Assembly (NCBI RefSeq): GCF_016433145.1
Contig: NC_058131.1
Span: forward strand, 401,173,885-401,237,884
Direction of reading: 5' to 3'
Origin: Gracilinanus agilis
Lineage: Eukaryota
Length of the DNA: 64,000 bases
Shown: positions 11,755 to 22,630 of the stretch, one piece after another
Numbering within the stretch: the first letter of the stretch is position 1
How the letters are laid out: each line of letters begins with the position of its first letter
Program-made: the position numbers and the translations under genes
The notes under the pieces: model-generated
Seen by the model: the letters and a program-made list of their open reading frames with translations, nothing else
What the model was told of the DNA's origin: nothing
Database searches by the model: none

Positions 11755-11990
11755 GATAATAGCTAACATTTACATAGTGGTTACTCTGTTCCAGATACTA
11801 TGCTAAGCCTTTGCAATTATGACCTCATTTGGTCCTCACAACTCTTAAGAGGTAGGTGCTTTTATTATCCCCATTTTTCAGATCAGGAAAACTGAGGCAA
11901 ACTGAGGTTAAGTGACTTGCCCAGGGTCACACAACTAGTAAATATCTGAGGCTGGATTTTAACTCAGGACTTTCTGACTCCAGGCACAAA
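11755..11990 (-). mobile_element. MIR
   Basis: CCCCATTTTTCAGATCAGGAAAACTGAGGC..GGTTAAGTGACTTGCCCAGGGTCACAC. Confidence 0.8.
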
Positions 11991-12205
11991 TCCTAAGTGT
12001 TTTTAGAGGCACTTCAAACCAAGAGACATCTCAAGAGGGGGGAAAGCTTTTCTAGAGGTCTCATCTCAAATCTCTATCTAAAACCTATAAACACTATGAA
12101 CTCAGTGATTATTCCAGGAAATAAAGATCATTACCATGTCAATTGACCCCTAGGAAACTCAAAACCCCAGAGTGAAGAGGGAAGTCAGGAAGAATAAGGA
12201 TCCCA

Positions 12206-12418
12206 GGGGCAGCTGGGTAGCTCAGTGGATTGAGAGCCAGGCTTAGAGACGGAGGTCCTCAGTTCAAATCTGGCCTCAGACACTTCCCAGCTGTGTGACC
12301 CTGGACAAGTCACTTAGCCCCCATTGCCTGGCCCTTACCACTCTTCTGCCTTGGAACCAATACAGGGTATTGATTCCAAGACAGAAGGTAAGGGTTAAAA
12401 AAAAAAAAAGAAAGAAAA
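12206..12418 (+). mobile_element. SINE1_Mdo
   Basis: Full length; imperfect TSD AAGAATAAG(TG)GATCCCA. Confidence 0.92.
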
Positions 12419-13727
12419 AGAATAAGTGGATCCCAAAGGAACAATGCAAAGTTACATTTTACTCACTATTCTTCCCCCAGCCCACCCCTCAACACAACCT
12501 TCTAACTTAACTTGCCCAGAGGCAGTGAATGGTGTCCAAAGTAAAGACGATCTGAGTTCAAATCCAGCCTCTGACACTTATTAGCTGTGCAACCCTGTGA
12601 AAACCACTTACTGTTTCCTCAACTGTGAAATTGGGGATCCTCTTGAATATTAGCACAGTGTCTGGTACCTGATGGCATATAAAACCTTATTTCCTTTCCT
12701 TAAGGTGAAAGGTGGGTATACCTACATAAAAGCCAATGGAAAATATTTGTGGGAATTAGTATGGGAGGGGTAAAGTGGGGGGACCTAGTGGTCAAAGGAA
12801 AAGTTGGTCATATATAGGATTAAGGAGGGAGAAAATTTGAGGAAGGGCAAGAGGGAGAGAGCAGACAGATAAAATATTGGGAGGAATGATGGTGAAGGGG
12901 AAGACTTGGGGGAATCCCCCCCAAGGCGAGACTAAAAACAGGATGAGAAGAACAATGAAGCTGTGACCAGGACTTGGGGGGAGGGTAACACAGGGAGAAA
13001 GGAGTCCAGTGAAACCGGTGGCTGTTGGGGCAAAGGTTCAGAGTGCCCGGGATGGTGGGGAGTGGGCCTCTTGGGGGGGCGGGGGCAGTACTGTGAGGCA
13101 GGGCCCAGAAGATGAAATCAGTGAGAGGGAGAGCCCCCTGGACCAGGAAGGACAGCTCCAGACGGCCCTTTCCTTAGGGAAAGGGCTTGATTCCTGGCAG
13201 TGGCAGAGCATCCCTTGCCACGTGGACAGCACCTTCCCCTTGGAGGGTGCTGGATTCCCATGCTCAGCCTTCACGGGAAATGCTCTTTCTCTAACTGACA
13301 TTTCAACCCACAGGCCTCCCTTTCCTGTAGGTGGGGTTTCCATAGGAAAAAGCAGCCTCTCTGTTTCCTCATTCTCCCCACTGTTTGGAGTCCAAATCCC
13401 CTCCATCCTACTTCACTCGGTAAAGTCCCTTTCTCAGCTGAATTTTCTCCATCTTTCCATAAGTGTCTGGACTGGTGCAAAAGTGAAGCCTCCCGTAGCC
13501 ATCTGATTCCCTCCATGCTTGGGCTTGCCTGTTCTCTTCAAATGAAGATGGACTTGCCTGGAAATCTCGCTCTTTCTTTCAGCATCTGAATATGGGAGCT
13601 GATCATGCCAGCAAGTCTGGGGGCAAGAGGACCAGGCCAAGCACCCCCTCTGGGAAACACCTGAGGACTCTCCGGGCCCCCAGGGGACTTTATCGCCTCC
13701 CTAATCCCATCTGATAGGGTGGTAAGC

Positions 13728-16592
13728 ATGGCATTCTTTTTATGGCTTCGGTTGTCTGGTCTGTGCTGGTGCTTTTTTCTTTCGGTAGACGGTCAGGAGA
13801 TAGCCACTCTCACTGTAAAGTACCAAGTTTCGGAAGAAGTGCCACACGGAACGGTGATAGGAAGACTGTCTAGAGAGCTGGGCTGGGAGGAGGGAAGCAG
13901 ACAAGAAGGGGCTTTCCAGATTTTGCAGCCACTTCAGGTGCTCCCTATTCAGGTTGGCTCTAAAGATGGTTTGCTCAGCACAGAGAGGAGACTGGACAGA
14001 GAGCAGCTCTGCAGACAGAAAGACCCTTGCCTGATAGCTTTCGATGTGCTGGCCACAGAGGGCCTAGCTTTGATTCACGTGGAGATCCGGGTGCTGGACA
14101 TCAATGATCACTACCCCCGCTTCCCCAAAGCAGAGCAGGAGCTGGAGATCTCCGAAAGCGCCTCTCTGCGCACCAGAATTCCCTTGGACCGAGCCTGGGA
14201 TCTTGACACGGGCCCCAATACCCTGCACTCGTACTCGCTCTCTCCCAGTGAGCACTTTGCTCTGGAGGTGATCGTGGGGCCTGATGAAAGCAAACACGCG
14301 GAGCTCGTGGTGGTGAAGGAGCTGGACCGGGAGCTGCATGCAGCCTTCAACCTGGTACTGACGGCCTTTGACAACGGGGATCCCCCCAAGTCGGGCACCA
14401 GCCTAGTCAAGGTCAGTGTCCTGGATTCCAATGACAACAGCCCCGTGTTTGCAGAGAGCTCGTTGGCTTTAGAAGTTGGGGAAGATACCGTCCCTGGGAC
14501 CCTTCTCCTAAACCTCACAGCGACTGACCCCGACGAGGGCCCCAACGGGGAGGTGGAGTTCTCCCTCGGGAAGCACGTGCCGCAGGATGTGCAGAACACC
14601 TTTAGTATCCATGCCAAAACAGGCCAGATCACTCTGAATCAGCCCTTGGACTATGAGAAAACCCCCACCTACGAGATCGATGTACAAGCCAGGGACTTGG
14701 GGCCCAACCCCATCCCGGCTCACTGCAAAGTCCTCATCAAGATTCTAGATGTCAACGACAACTCCCCGAGCATCCATATTACATGGGCCTCTCAGCCAGC
14801 GGTGGTATCCGAAGCTCTTCCCAAGGACAGCTTCATTGCCCTCGTGATAGCGAATGACCTGGATTCTGGGGACAACGGCCTGGTTCACTGCTCCCTCGAG
14901 CAAGGACGGGGACATTTTCAACTAAAAAGAACCAATGGTAATACTTACATGCTCCTGACCAATGCCGTCCTAGACAGGGAGAGGTGGCCTCACTATAACT
15001 TGACACTGTTAGCCCAAGACCAGGGGGAGCAGCCCTTATCGGCCAAGAAACAGATCACCATTCAGATCCGTGACGTCAACGACAATGCACCCGTGTTTGA
15101 GGCAAGCCAGTACAATATCTCCATTTGGGAGAATAATCTACCTTCTTCCCATCTTATCACTGTGAAGGCTCACGATGCTGACCTGGATCTCAATGGAAAA
15201 GTCACTTACCGCCTCCAGGAATCTCTTTTTTCCCATCTGGTAGCTATTGACTCTGACACCGGGGACATCTCAGCATCTACTACCCTGGACTATGAACAAA
15301 TGACGGACTTTCAGCTTCTGGTAATAGCAGAAGATGGAGGTGAGCCTCGGCTTATTTCTAGAGCCTCCGTGAAGGTGAGCCTCCTTGACATCAATGACAA
15401 CACTCCCATAGTGGTGCAGCCTGTCCTTAGTGGTGGGGCAGCCTCTGTTTCTGTGTTTGTGAACTCTTCCACGGGTCACCTAATGGTCTCTTCTGAGACC
15501 CCTGACACCTACAGAGCAACTGGCTCTGGCACATCTTCCTTGGTGGCCTCAAGGTCCCAGCTATTTCTCTTAGTGACCATTGTGGCCATTGATGCAGATT
15601 CTGGGGACAATGGAAATCTTCTTTATGTACTTCAGAGTGGCAATGAGGCTAACCTCTTCTTCCTTGACCCTCACGTGGGCCAGCTGTACATCAATGCCAC
15701 AAATGCCAGCAGCCTCATTGGCACTGAATGGGAACTGATAATTATTGTCAGGGATCATGGAAGTCCCCCCTTGGAGACCAGAGCTATGGTGAAAGTCACT
15801 TTCACCAACAGCCTTGATCATCTGAAGAACCTGGCTCAGGAATCTAGCCCCTTGAGCACCTCAGTAGTGACGGTGATTTGCTTGGCTGTATTGTTGGCCA
15901 TCTTCTTGTTGATTCTTGTTCTGATTGTGTCTATCTGCAGAACTGACCGTAAAGATAACAGAGCCTATAACTGCAGGGAAGCAGAGTCAACCTACCGACA
16001 CCAACCCAAGAGGCCCCAGAAACAAATCCAGAAAACCGACATTCATCTAGTGCCGGTGCTCAGAGGCCAAGTGGAGGAGCTAAGTGAAGCTGAGCTACCC
16101 CATAAGGAAGCAGGAAAGGAAAAGGTTCCAGAAACAGACTGGGACTCTCCATTGCAGGCTCCATATCTAACCCCAACATTGTATAGGACACTTCGGAACC
16201 AAGGGAACCAGGGAACTTCTCCTGAGGACAGAGAGGTGTTACAGGACACCTACAATCTCCTTTTCCACCATCCCAGGCAGAGAAATGCCTCTCGAGAAAA
16301 TCTGAGCCTTCCAGATCCCCAACCAACATGCCAGCCTCACCTCAAGGCCTCAAAAAATATGGGAAGTCCCCAGATGAGGCCACCCCAAGAGCAGAGGAGT
16401 GATCCAGCAGTACTAGACCTTCCGGCCTCTACCACGACTCTTAGGAGGCAGCGAAATCTGAATGGCAAAGAGGGCCCAAACAAAGAGCACAACCCCCATC
16501 AGATCCTGCGCAGTCTGGTCCGACTGTCTGTGGCTGCCTTCACAGAACGCAACCCCATGGAGGAACTCACCATTGACTCTCCTCCAGTTCAG
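13728..16592 (+). CDS. PCDH12: Protocadherin-12 coding exon 1 (signal peptide, 6 cadherin repeats, TM, proximal tail; 955 codons)
   Basis: ATG in AGCATGG (the ORF track started at an upstream GTG); [16 protein letters not shown]/DxNDN/DxD Ca-binding motifs, [27 protein letters not shown]; ends SPPVQ then GT donor at 16593. Confidence 0.97.
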
Positions 16593-16882
16593 GTATTATC
16601 AACACAAGCAACCTCTTAGAGGAAAGCCAAACTCGTTCCATGTTCTGTAGTGTGCCCATGGATTCTGTTTTAGTTGTATTGTCATATTGGGCCTAACTCT
16701 GTGTTATCATATAATATTTGGCAGAAAGAAAATGACTGAAAACGAGGATTCCCTTAAGTAAAATTGCTAAAAAATTCAAATGGCACAAGCCCACTGGATA
16801 TGTGGTTTTCCCCAGTATGGATAAAGTTGTACATTAGATCCCAGAGTACTAAAACTGATCTACTTCATTTCTCTATATTTAA

Positions 16883-17062
16883 TTTTTTTTAACCCTTACC
16901 TTCTGTCTTAGAATCAATAATGTGTATTGGTTTCAAGGCAGAAGAGTGGTAAGGGCTGGGTAATGGGGGCAAAGTGACTTGCTCAGGGTCATATAACTAG
17001 GAAGTGTCTCATTCCAGATTTGAAACCAGGACCTCCCATCTCTAGACCTGGCTCTCAATCTA
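16883..17062 (-). mobile_element. SINE1_Mdo (PCDH12 intron 1)
   Basis: Reverse-strand consensus match. Confidence 0.88.
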
Positions 17063-17168
17063 CAATGAGTCCCATCTACATTTAAATGTTAATTATTTCT
17101 TACCAATTATAAAATTAAGGGGAAAAAAGCCCAAAAGGCAATCAATAATACGGATTTGAAACTGAAGA

Positions 17169-17355
17169 TTTTTTTTTTAAACCCTTGTACTTCGGTGTAT
17201 TGTCTCATAGGTGGAAGGGTGGTAAGGGTGGGCAATGGGGGTCAAGTGACTTGCCCAGGGTCACACAGCTGGGAAGTGGCTGAGGCTGGGTTTGAACTTA
17301 GGACCTCCTGTCTCTAGGCCTGACTCTCACTCCACTGAGCTACCCAGCTGCCCCC
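17169..17355 (-). mobile_element. Young SINE1_Mdo
   Basis: Only 4 differences from the copy at 7326 by manual alignment. Confidence 0.95.
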
Positions 17356-19036
17356 GATTTTTTTTTTTGTTGTTGTTGTTATTGGTTTTTTTGTTTGTGA
17401 GGGCTTGGAGAAAGGAGGGGTATATATTTATTAAATCCAGGAAAAGAGAAAACAGCTTTGGAGTCAAAGACCTGAGTTCTAGTCTTGGGTTTGTTCCTTG
17501 CATGATTTTTGTCAAGTGACTTAACTTTTGGGGCCTCAGTTTCCTTATCTGTAAAGTGAGAGGATTAGACCAGCAGCTCCTTAAATCTGTGACACTAATG
17601 TTCAGGTTGCTCTATCTTCATGGCCCATGGTTTCTAAATCCCTTCAGATTTCATTTGATTCTCACTACTCTTCCTGGGCAAGCCATTTAATCCCATTTGC
17701 CTAGCTCTTGCCCTTCTGATTTAGTGTTGTTAGTAGGATTAAAAAGTAAAGGCTTAAAAAAAGAAAGAAATGGGGAAGGTAGAATTGCCATCATTTAATT
17801 AAGGGAAAGGGTTGCTCAGGAGGTAGAGACTCTCCCAAGGTCATTGAGCTAGTCAATAATAAATCTAGGAGGATAGATTCCCAATCCAGTGCTCTTTCCT
17901 CTACACCACAATACATTCACAAAATAGATCAGATCCATTCCTGTGGTGCCAAGTAGACCAGGCAAATTTCCTGGCCTCCAAGGACAGAGCTATTTCCTCA
18001 ACTTTTCCCCAGGAACCTGCCAAAAACCCAGACTCACAGACTACCAGGCAAATAGCCAGTCTCTCTTTTGGGTAGTTTTAACATGGGCCCCAGACATCAA
18101 AATGGCCCTCCCGAGCCTCTCAAAGACAAGGGCAGACTTTGTTAAGGAATGTTACTTAATGAGGAAGCTGCAAAGAAGTGGGGGAGGCACTGCAGAGACA
18201 TTTTACTATGTTAAGGGGCTTGTCATCCTGCTGTTTTCTTATCTGTCATACAAGTAGATAAGACAAGAGGAGGAAATGGCTCGCTGCAGATAGTGCTTTT
18301 AGAAGAGACAGCTTTTTCTCCAGCTGCAGCTGATGAATGGGGCTGGCTCCGAAGGGCTGGGGTCTGGTGAGCTCCAGGAAATGGGACACTGACCTACTGA
18401 CCCTCACTTCTTTAAAAACCTCACAGTCACAATCAAACCCCAGCCTGGAGGCTTCTCTTTTCCCCTTCAAAGGCTTGACTTCCAAATCACATTTGACATT
18501 GGGAATTCTCAGGCCTCCTCTCCTTAGGGCCCAAGGGGTCAAATTTAGAGGGAAGACCACAAAGTCAACTTAGGGCATTTCCCTGGAGGCTGAAGCATTG
18601 ATCCTGGTAATAATTAGGAGAATTTTTTTTTACATTTGCATAGAACTTTTAAAAATGTAATTCATTTATCTTCATCCATATGATGAAGGTAGTAGTAGAA
18701 GTATCTTGAACCCTAATTTACAGATGAGAAACCCAACCAAAAAGCTGAAGCAAGTTAAATCCCTTGCCTAATTTCACACAAGGGGATGACAGAGATGAGG
18801 AAGGAACCCAGGTGTCCTGGGTCCCAGTCTGCTCTTCTTTCCCCCTTACTACATATTCATGTAATCTCCTTTGATTAGGTAGGTGCTTACATGTGGATGA
18901 AACAAGCAACTCATTTTGCCAAAATAATGTTAGGTTATTTTCTTTTCCTTTGATTTTTTTTGCTTCTTTTATTTTGTTCTATCAGTATATGTATGTGCAT
19001 GGCACTTACCCTCTCTGAACTCCCTCATCTGTTCTT

Positions 19037-19176
19037 TTTTTTTTTTTAAACCCTTACCTTCAGGCTTAGAATCTATACTAATTATCATTTCCAAGACAGA
19101 AGAGAGATGAGGGCTAGGCAAAAGGCTAAGTGACTTGCCCAGGATCACACGGCTAGGAAGTGTCGAAGGCCAGATT
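19037..19176 (-). mobile_element. 5'-truncated SINE1_Mdo
   Basis: 13-bp TSD CTCATCTGTTCTT at 19024-19036 and 19177-19189. Confidence 0.85.
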
Positions 19177-19679
19177 CTCATCTGTTCTTAAGACAGCACC
19201 TAACTAAACAACATTTGCAATGTTACATGGTAATTTGTTAACACCGGGCTGAGATTTCTTAAAGTTTGTATTCAAGAAACGTTTTTCCTCCTTCATCATC
19301 CATCCCACCTCCATTTCCCTACTTTGGTGAGGGCCATTACTTCTGGTCACCTTGCAAGGATGAGGGTGTGTGTGTGTCTGTCTGTTTGTCTGTCTGGGTG
19401 TGTGTAAGATAGACAAAGAAAGGGCAGGATAACATGTTTTCTCATCTCCTCTCCCCTTTAGCTTGCATTATAATTCCCCTGGATAAAGTGAGGGAGCTTG
19501 AGGAATCTGCCTGCCTAGGTCTCTGTCACTTCTGCATTGTCCTTCTGTCTTAATCACACAAACATCTGAAGCCGGAGGAAACACTATAAAAAGAAAGCAC
19601 AGTATTGAAGGAAACATCCGGCAAGGAAGTGTGCTTGGTAGGAATTGTGTAGAGTCAACAGATTTTTCCTGTCTTACAG

Positions 19680-19777
19680 CAAATCTCCCAGCTGCTGTCC
19701 TTGCTGCACCAGGGCCAATTTCAACCCAAACCAAACCACAGAGGAAACAAATACTCAGCCAAGACCGGTAGTGTCAG
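19680..19777 (+). CDS. PCDH12: Protocadherin-12 coding exon 2 (98 bp)
   Basis: ttacag/CAAATC; [25 protein letters not shown]; AG/gtaagc. Confidence 0.96.
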
Positions 19778-20399
19778 GTAAGCAACACGTAACCTTCAAT
19801 GCTAGTCTAGGAAGCAAGTCTTCGAACGTCCTGGGCCCTTTTCTCTTGCCTGGGCCATTTCTCAGCTCTATCTTCTCCTGGCCTCCCTTCTCTCAGTTCA
19901 GTGATGTCCAATGTTCCTGGACCTTCAGGCTTTGCTCTTCTGGGTCAGACTTCTAGGTCTGGTCCCCCACCCCCCTCCCATCCCTTAGCCCCAGTCTGTG
20001 CTGTGCTATTGCCACTATATTTAGGTCCTAAAGCTGTGAAGGAAATGATTTCACTTCTGATGCTCTAATTTGTCTGCTGATTACAGAGGTGTCTGGGCTC
20101 CTTTGGCACACAGGATATGTTTTGTTTTGTATTAATAAATTTATTCCCTTCTTGTTTTGTTACCTAAGTCTAACTTAAAGAGTAAGAATAATAATTGGTG
20201 CTAAGAGTGGGGGTTTGTCCCCTTGAGGGAGGGTCTCACTATTTCTGAGGACTCACAACTCATTAGTGAGCCAGATTTAGCCTCCTCAGAAAATGGCCCT
20301 GCTCCTGGGCATCAGCAAATAAAAGCAGCCCTAGGACATGATCTTGCTCTCATTCCACTTGGAGAATGTATGTGATGGAGAGGAAGGAGTGGAAATTCA

Positions 20400-20930
20400 A
20401 TTCACTTCAATAGACATTTACTGAGTATCTGGTATGAGTAAGACCTTGCAGCAGACCCCAAGGAATATGCAAAGATAAACGAGGTAACTGTTGCCCTCAA
20501 GAAACATCATCTGATGGGAGGAGACATGAGTACAAATAAATATAATTCAAGCTAGAATATGATAACTGCTACAAGAGAGGTACAAGCAAAGCATGATGTG
20601 TGGGCAAGCTGAAGGGATCAGGGAAGATTTCTTGAAGGAGGCAACATTGAATTGGATCTTGAAGAACACCTAGAATTTCTAAAGAATAAAATGAGGTGGA
20701 ATAAGTTTATTTCTGCTGTTAAGGGCCTTCCAGGTAGAAGGAAAAGCATGGGAAAGGGCAGGAAACATTTGGTGTGCTCAGAGACTAGTGAGTTTTACAG
20801 AACTGACTGGAACATATGGTATATTATGAAGAATAGCGAGAGAGAAGGCTAGAAAGGTAGTTTGGGGCCAGGCTGTGGAGGACCTGGAATGCCAGAATTT
20901 ATTCATCGGGTAATAGGATGATGAGACAAT
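20400..20930 (-). mobile_element. L2 relic
   Basis: TTCAATAGACATTTACTGAGTATC.. antisense L2 3' end followed by a purine-rich body. Confidence 0.6.
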
Positions 20931-21199
20931 AGAAGATAGCAGCACATAAAATATACTTGGATATACTTTTTGAAGTGATAACCAAAGTTGTGGCTATTCT
21001 AAACTTACTCCTTCAGCCCAGAGCAGGCTGTTCTGAAATAGTAAAGAGCCCAGGACTAGAGAAGGAAACAAGAGTGAGCCTTGCATGTGTTACAGGCATT
21101 AAAATATTTGTCAAATTGAATTAATTCTACAATGAGGAAAAGAGAATGAGAACTCCAATAAGTTCCTCACTTCCTGTGGTGATTTGGTTTCCTTTGCAG

Positions 21200-21351
21200 A
21201 AATGCAGGATTGGAGACAGACTGGCAAAGTGCCAGGGAGGGTGACCATGGGGAACATGAAGCTGAGGATGGGAATTCGGACAATGGGCTGGACGTCTCAG
21301 TGAAACAGCTCTTGGAAGAAGAATTAGAGAGCTTGTTTGATCCTCAAACAG
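21200..21351 (+). CDS. PCDH12: Protocadherin-12 coding exon 3 (152 bp)
   Basis: tttgcag/AAAT; ..DVSVKQLLEEELESLFDPQT; G/gtaaag; splice phases fit. Confidence 0.95.
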
Positions 21352-22114
21352 GTAAAGGGCTTCTTTTTATCAACACTAACTTCACTTGACTCTGATTAAC
21401 TTCATTTCTTCAGGATCTTTTTTTTTTTTCAGCACTCAAATTCAAGGAATATTTACTGAGCACTTAATATGCGATAAGTTATTGTGGCTACAGTTGGGAA
21501 AAAGAACAATTAGCAAAATCATTAGTTGTGTTTCCGTTTAAATTTCAAGCAAGGTAATTACTCATTTAAACAAGTTTAAATAAATTTAAGTTATACTTTT
21601 ATTGGAAGCTAAAAACACCTGTGAGCAGATTAATTTGTTCTTTACCTTTCACGAGTATATTTGAATTTCACAAGTTTGCCTTGACAATAATTACAATTGT
21701 GAATTTGCTAATTGTTCTTGTTCCTGAAAGAAACATTAACCAGTCGCATTCTTTAATGGATTAGTGTTCCTGTACAGCTGTTATTAGTTGGGCATTTTGT
21801 TTATTAGTTTCTGTTGTGTTCATATGTACATGCCCTTGGCTCTGCTCTCAGACATCAAACATCCTAAAGGTGGGTGACCAGGTCCTTTTCAGCTATCTCT
21901 CTTTCAGGGTTATAGTAAAGAGAGAGAATCAATCAATCTATAAACATTTATTAAGCACCTACTCTGTGCTAGATGCTAGGGATACAAAAAGATAGTCCTC
22001 ATCCTAAAGGAGTTCATTATCTAATGGAGATTATCTGTTGCTACTTGTATTCTTAGTGCTAGGTCACATTGGGATTAATGACTCAGTGTATCAGGATTGG
22101 CAATGATCTGTTCA

Positions 22115-22115
<1 letters not shown>

Positions 22116-22151
<36 letters not shown>
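22116..22151 (+). repeat. Poly(A) tract, 36 nt
   Basis: Read directly from the sequence. Confidence 0.95.
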
Positions 22152-22152
<1 letters not shown>

Positions 22153-22371
22153 CCTAATTTACCAGAATGCTTTTGCTGCCTCGAAATTTTATTTTATGTT
22201 TTTGGTGCCTTTCATCTTTAAATCCTACCTCCTACAGGAAGCCTTCCCTAATCCTGCTTAAATCCAGTGTCTCCCCTGTGTTGATTATTTCCTATTTAAC
22301 CTGTATACATCTTGCTTTGTATTTTCTTGTTTGCACATCAGTTTCCCCATTAGATTATAAACTCCAGGATG

Positions 22372-22630
22372 GCTTGTTGTTATTCAGTTATTTCAGTTTA
22401 GTTGCATCTGACTCTTGTGACCCCACTGGGAAGTTTCCTTGGCAAAGATCCTGGAGTGGTTAGCCATTTCCTTTTCCAGTTCATTTTCCAGATGAGGAAA
22501 CCAAGGCAAATATAGAGGTTAAGTGACTCGTCCCAGATTTACACTGCTAGTAAGTGATTGAGGCTGGATTTGAACTCAGGTCTTCCTGATTTCAGCCCTG
22601 ATGCTGCATCTACTTTACCATCTAGGGGCC
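22372..22630 (-). mobile_element. MAR1 SINE inside an L2 3' fragment (about 22175-22740)
   Basis: Antisense RTE tail ..GGCAAAGATCCTGGAGTGGTTAGCCATTTCCTT plus CORE. Confidence 0.8.

Noticed and set aside
13009-13506. 165-codon + strand ORF upstream of PCDH12
   Set aside because: Starts at GTG, has no recognisable domain, overlaps similar antisense ORFs and lies in a GC-richer promoter/5'UTR; best explained by chance.
13719-13727. ORF-track start for PCDH12
   Set aside because: It is a GTG; the ATG at 13728 in AGCATGG begins the signal peptide.
14064-16650. Multiple antisense ORFs within PCDH12 exon 1
   Set aside because: Shadow frames of a GC-rich coding exon.
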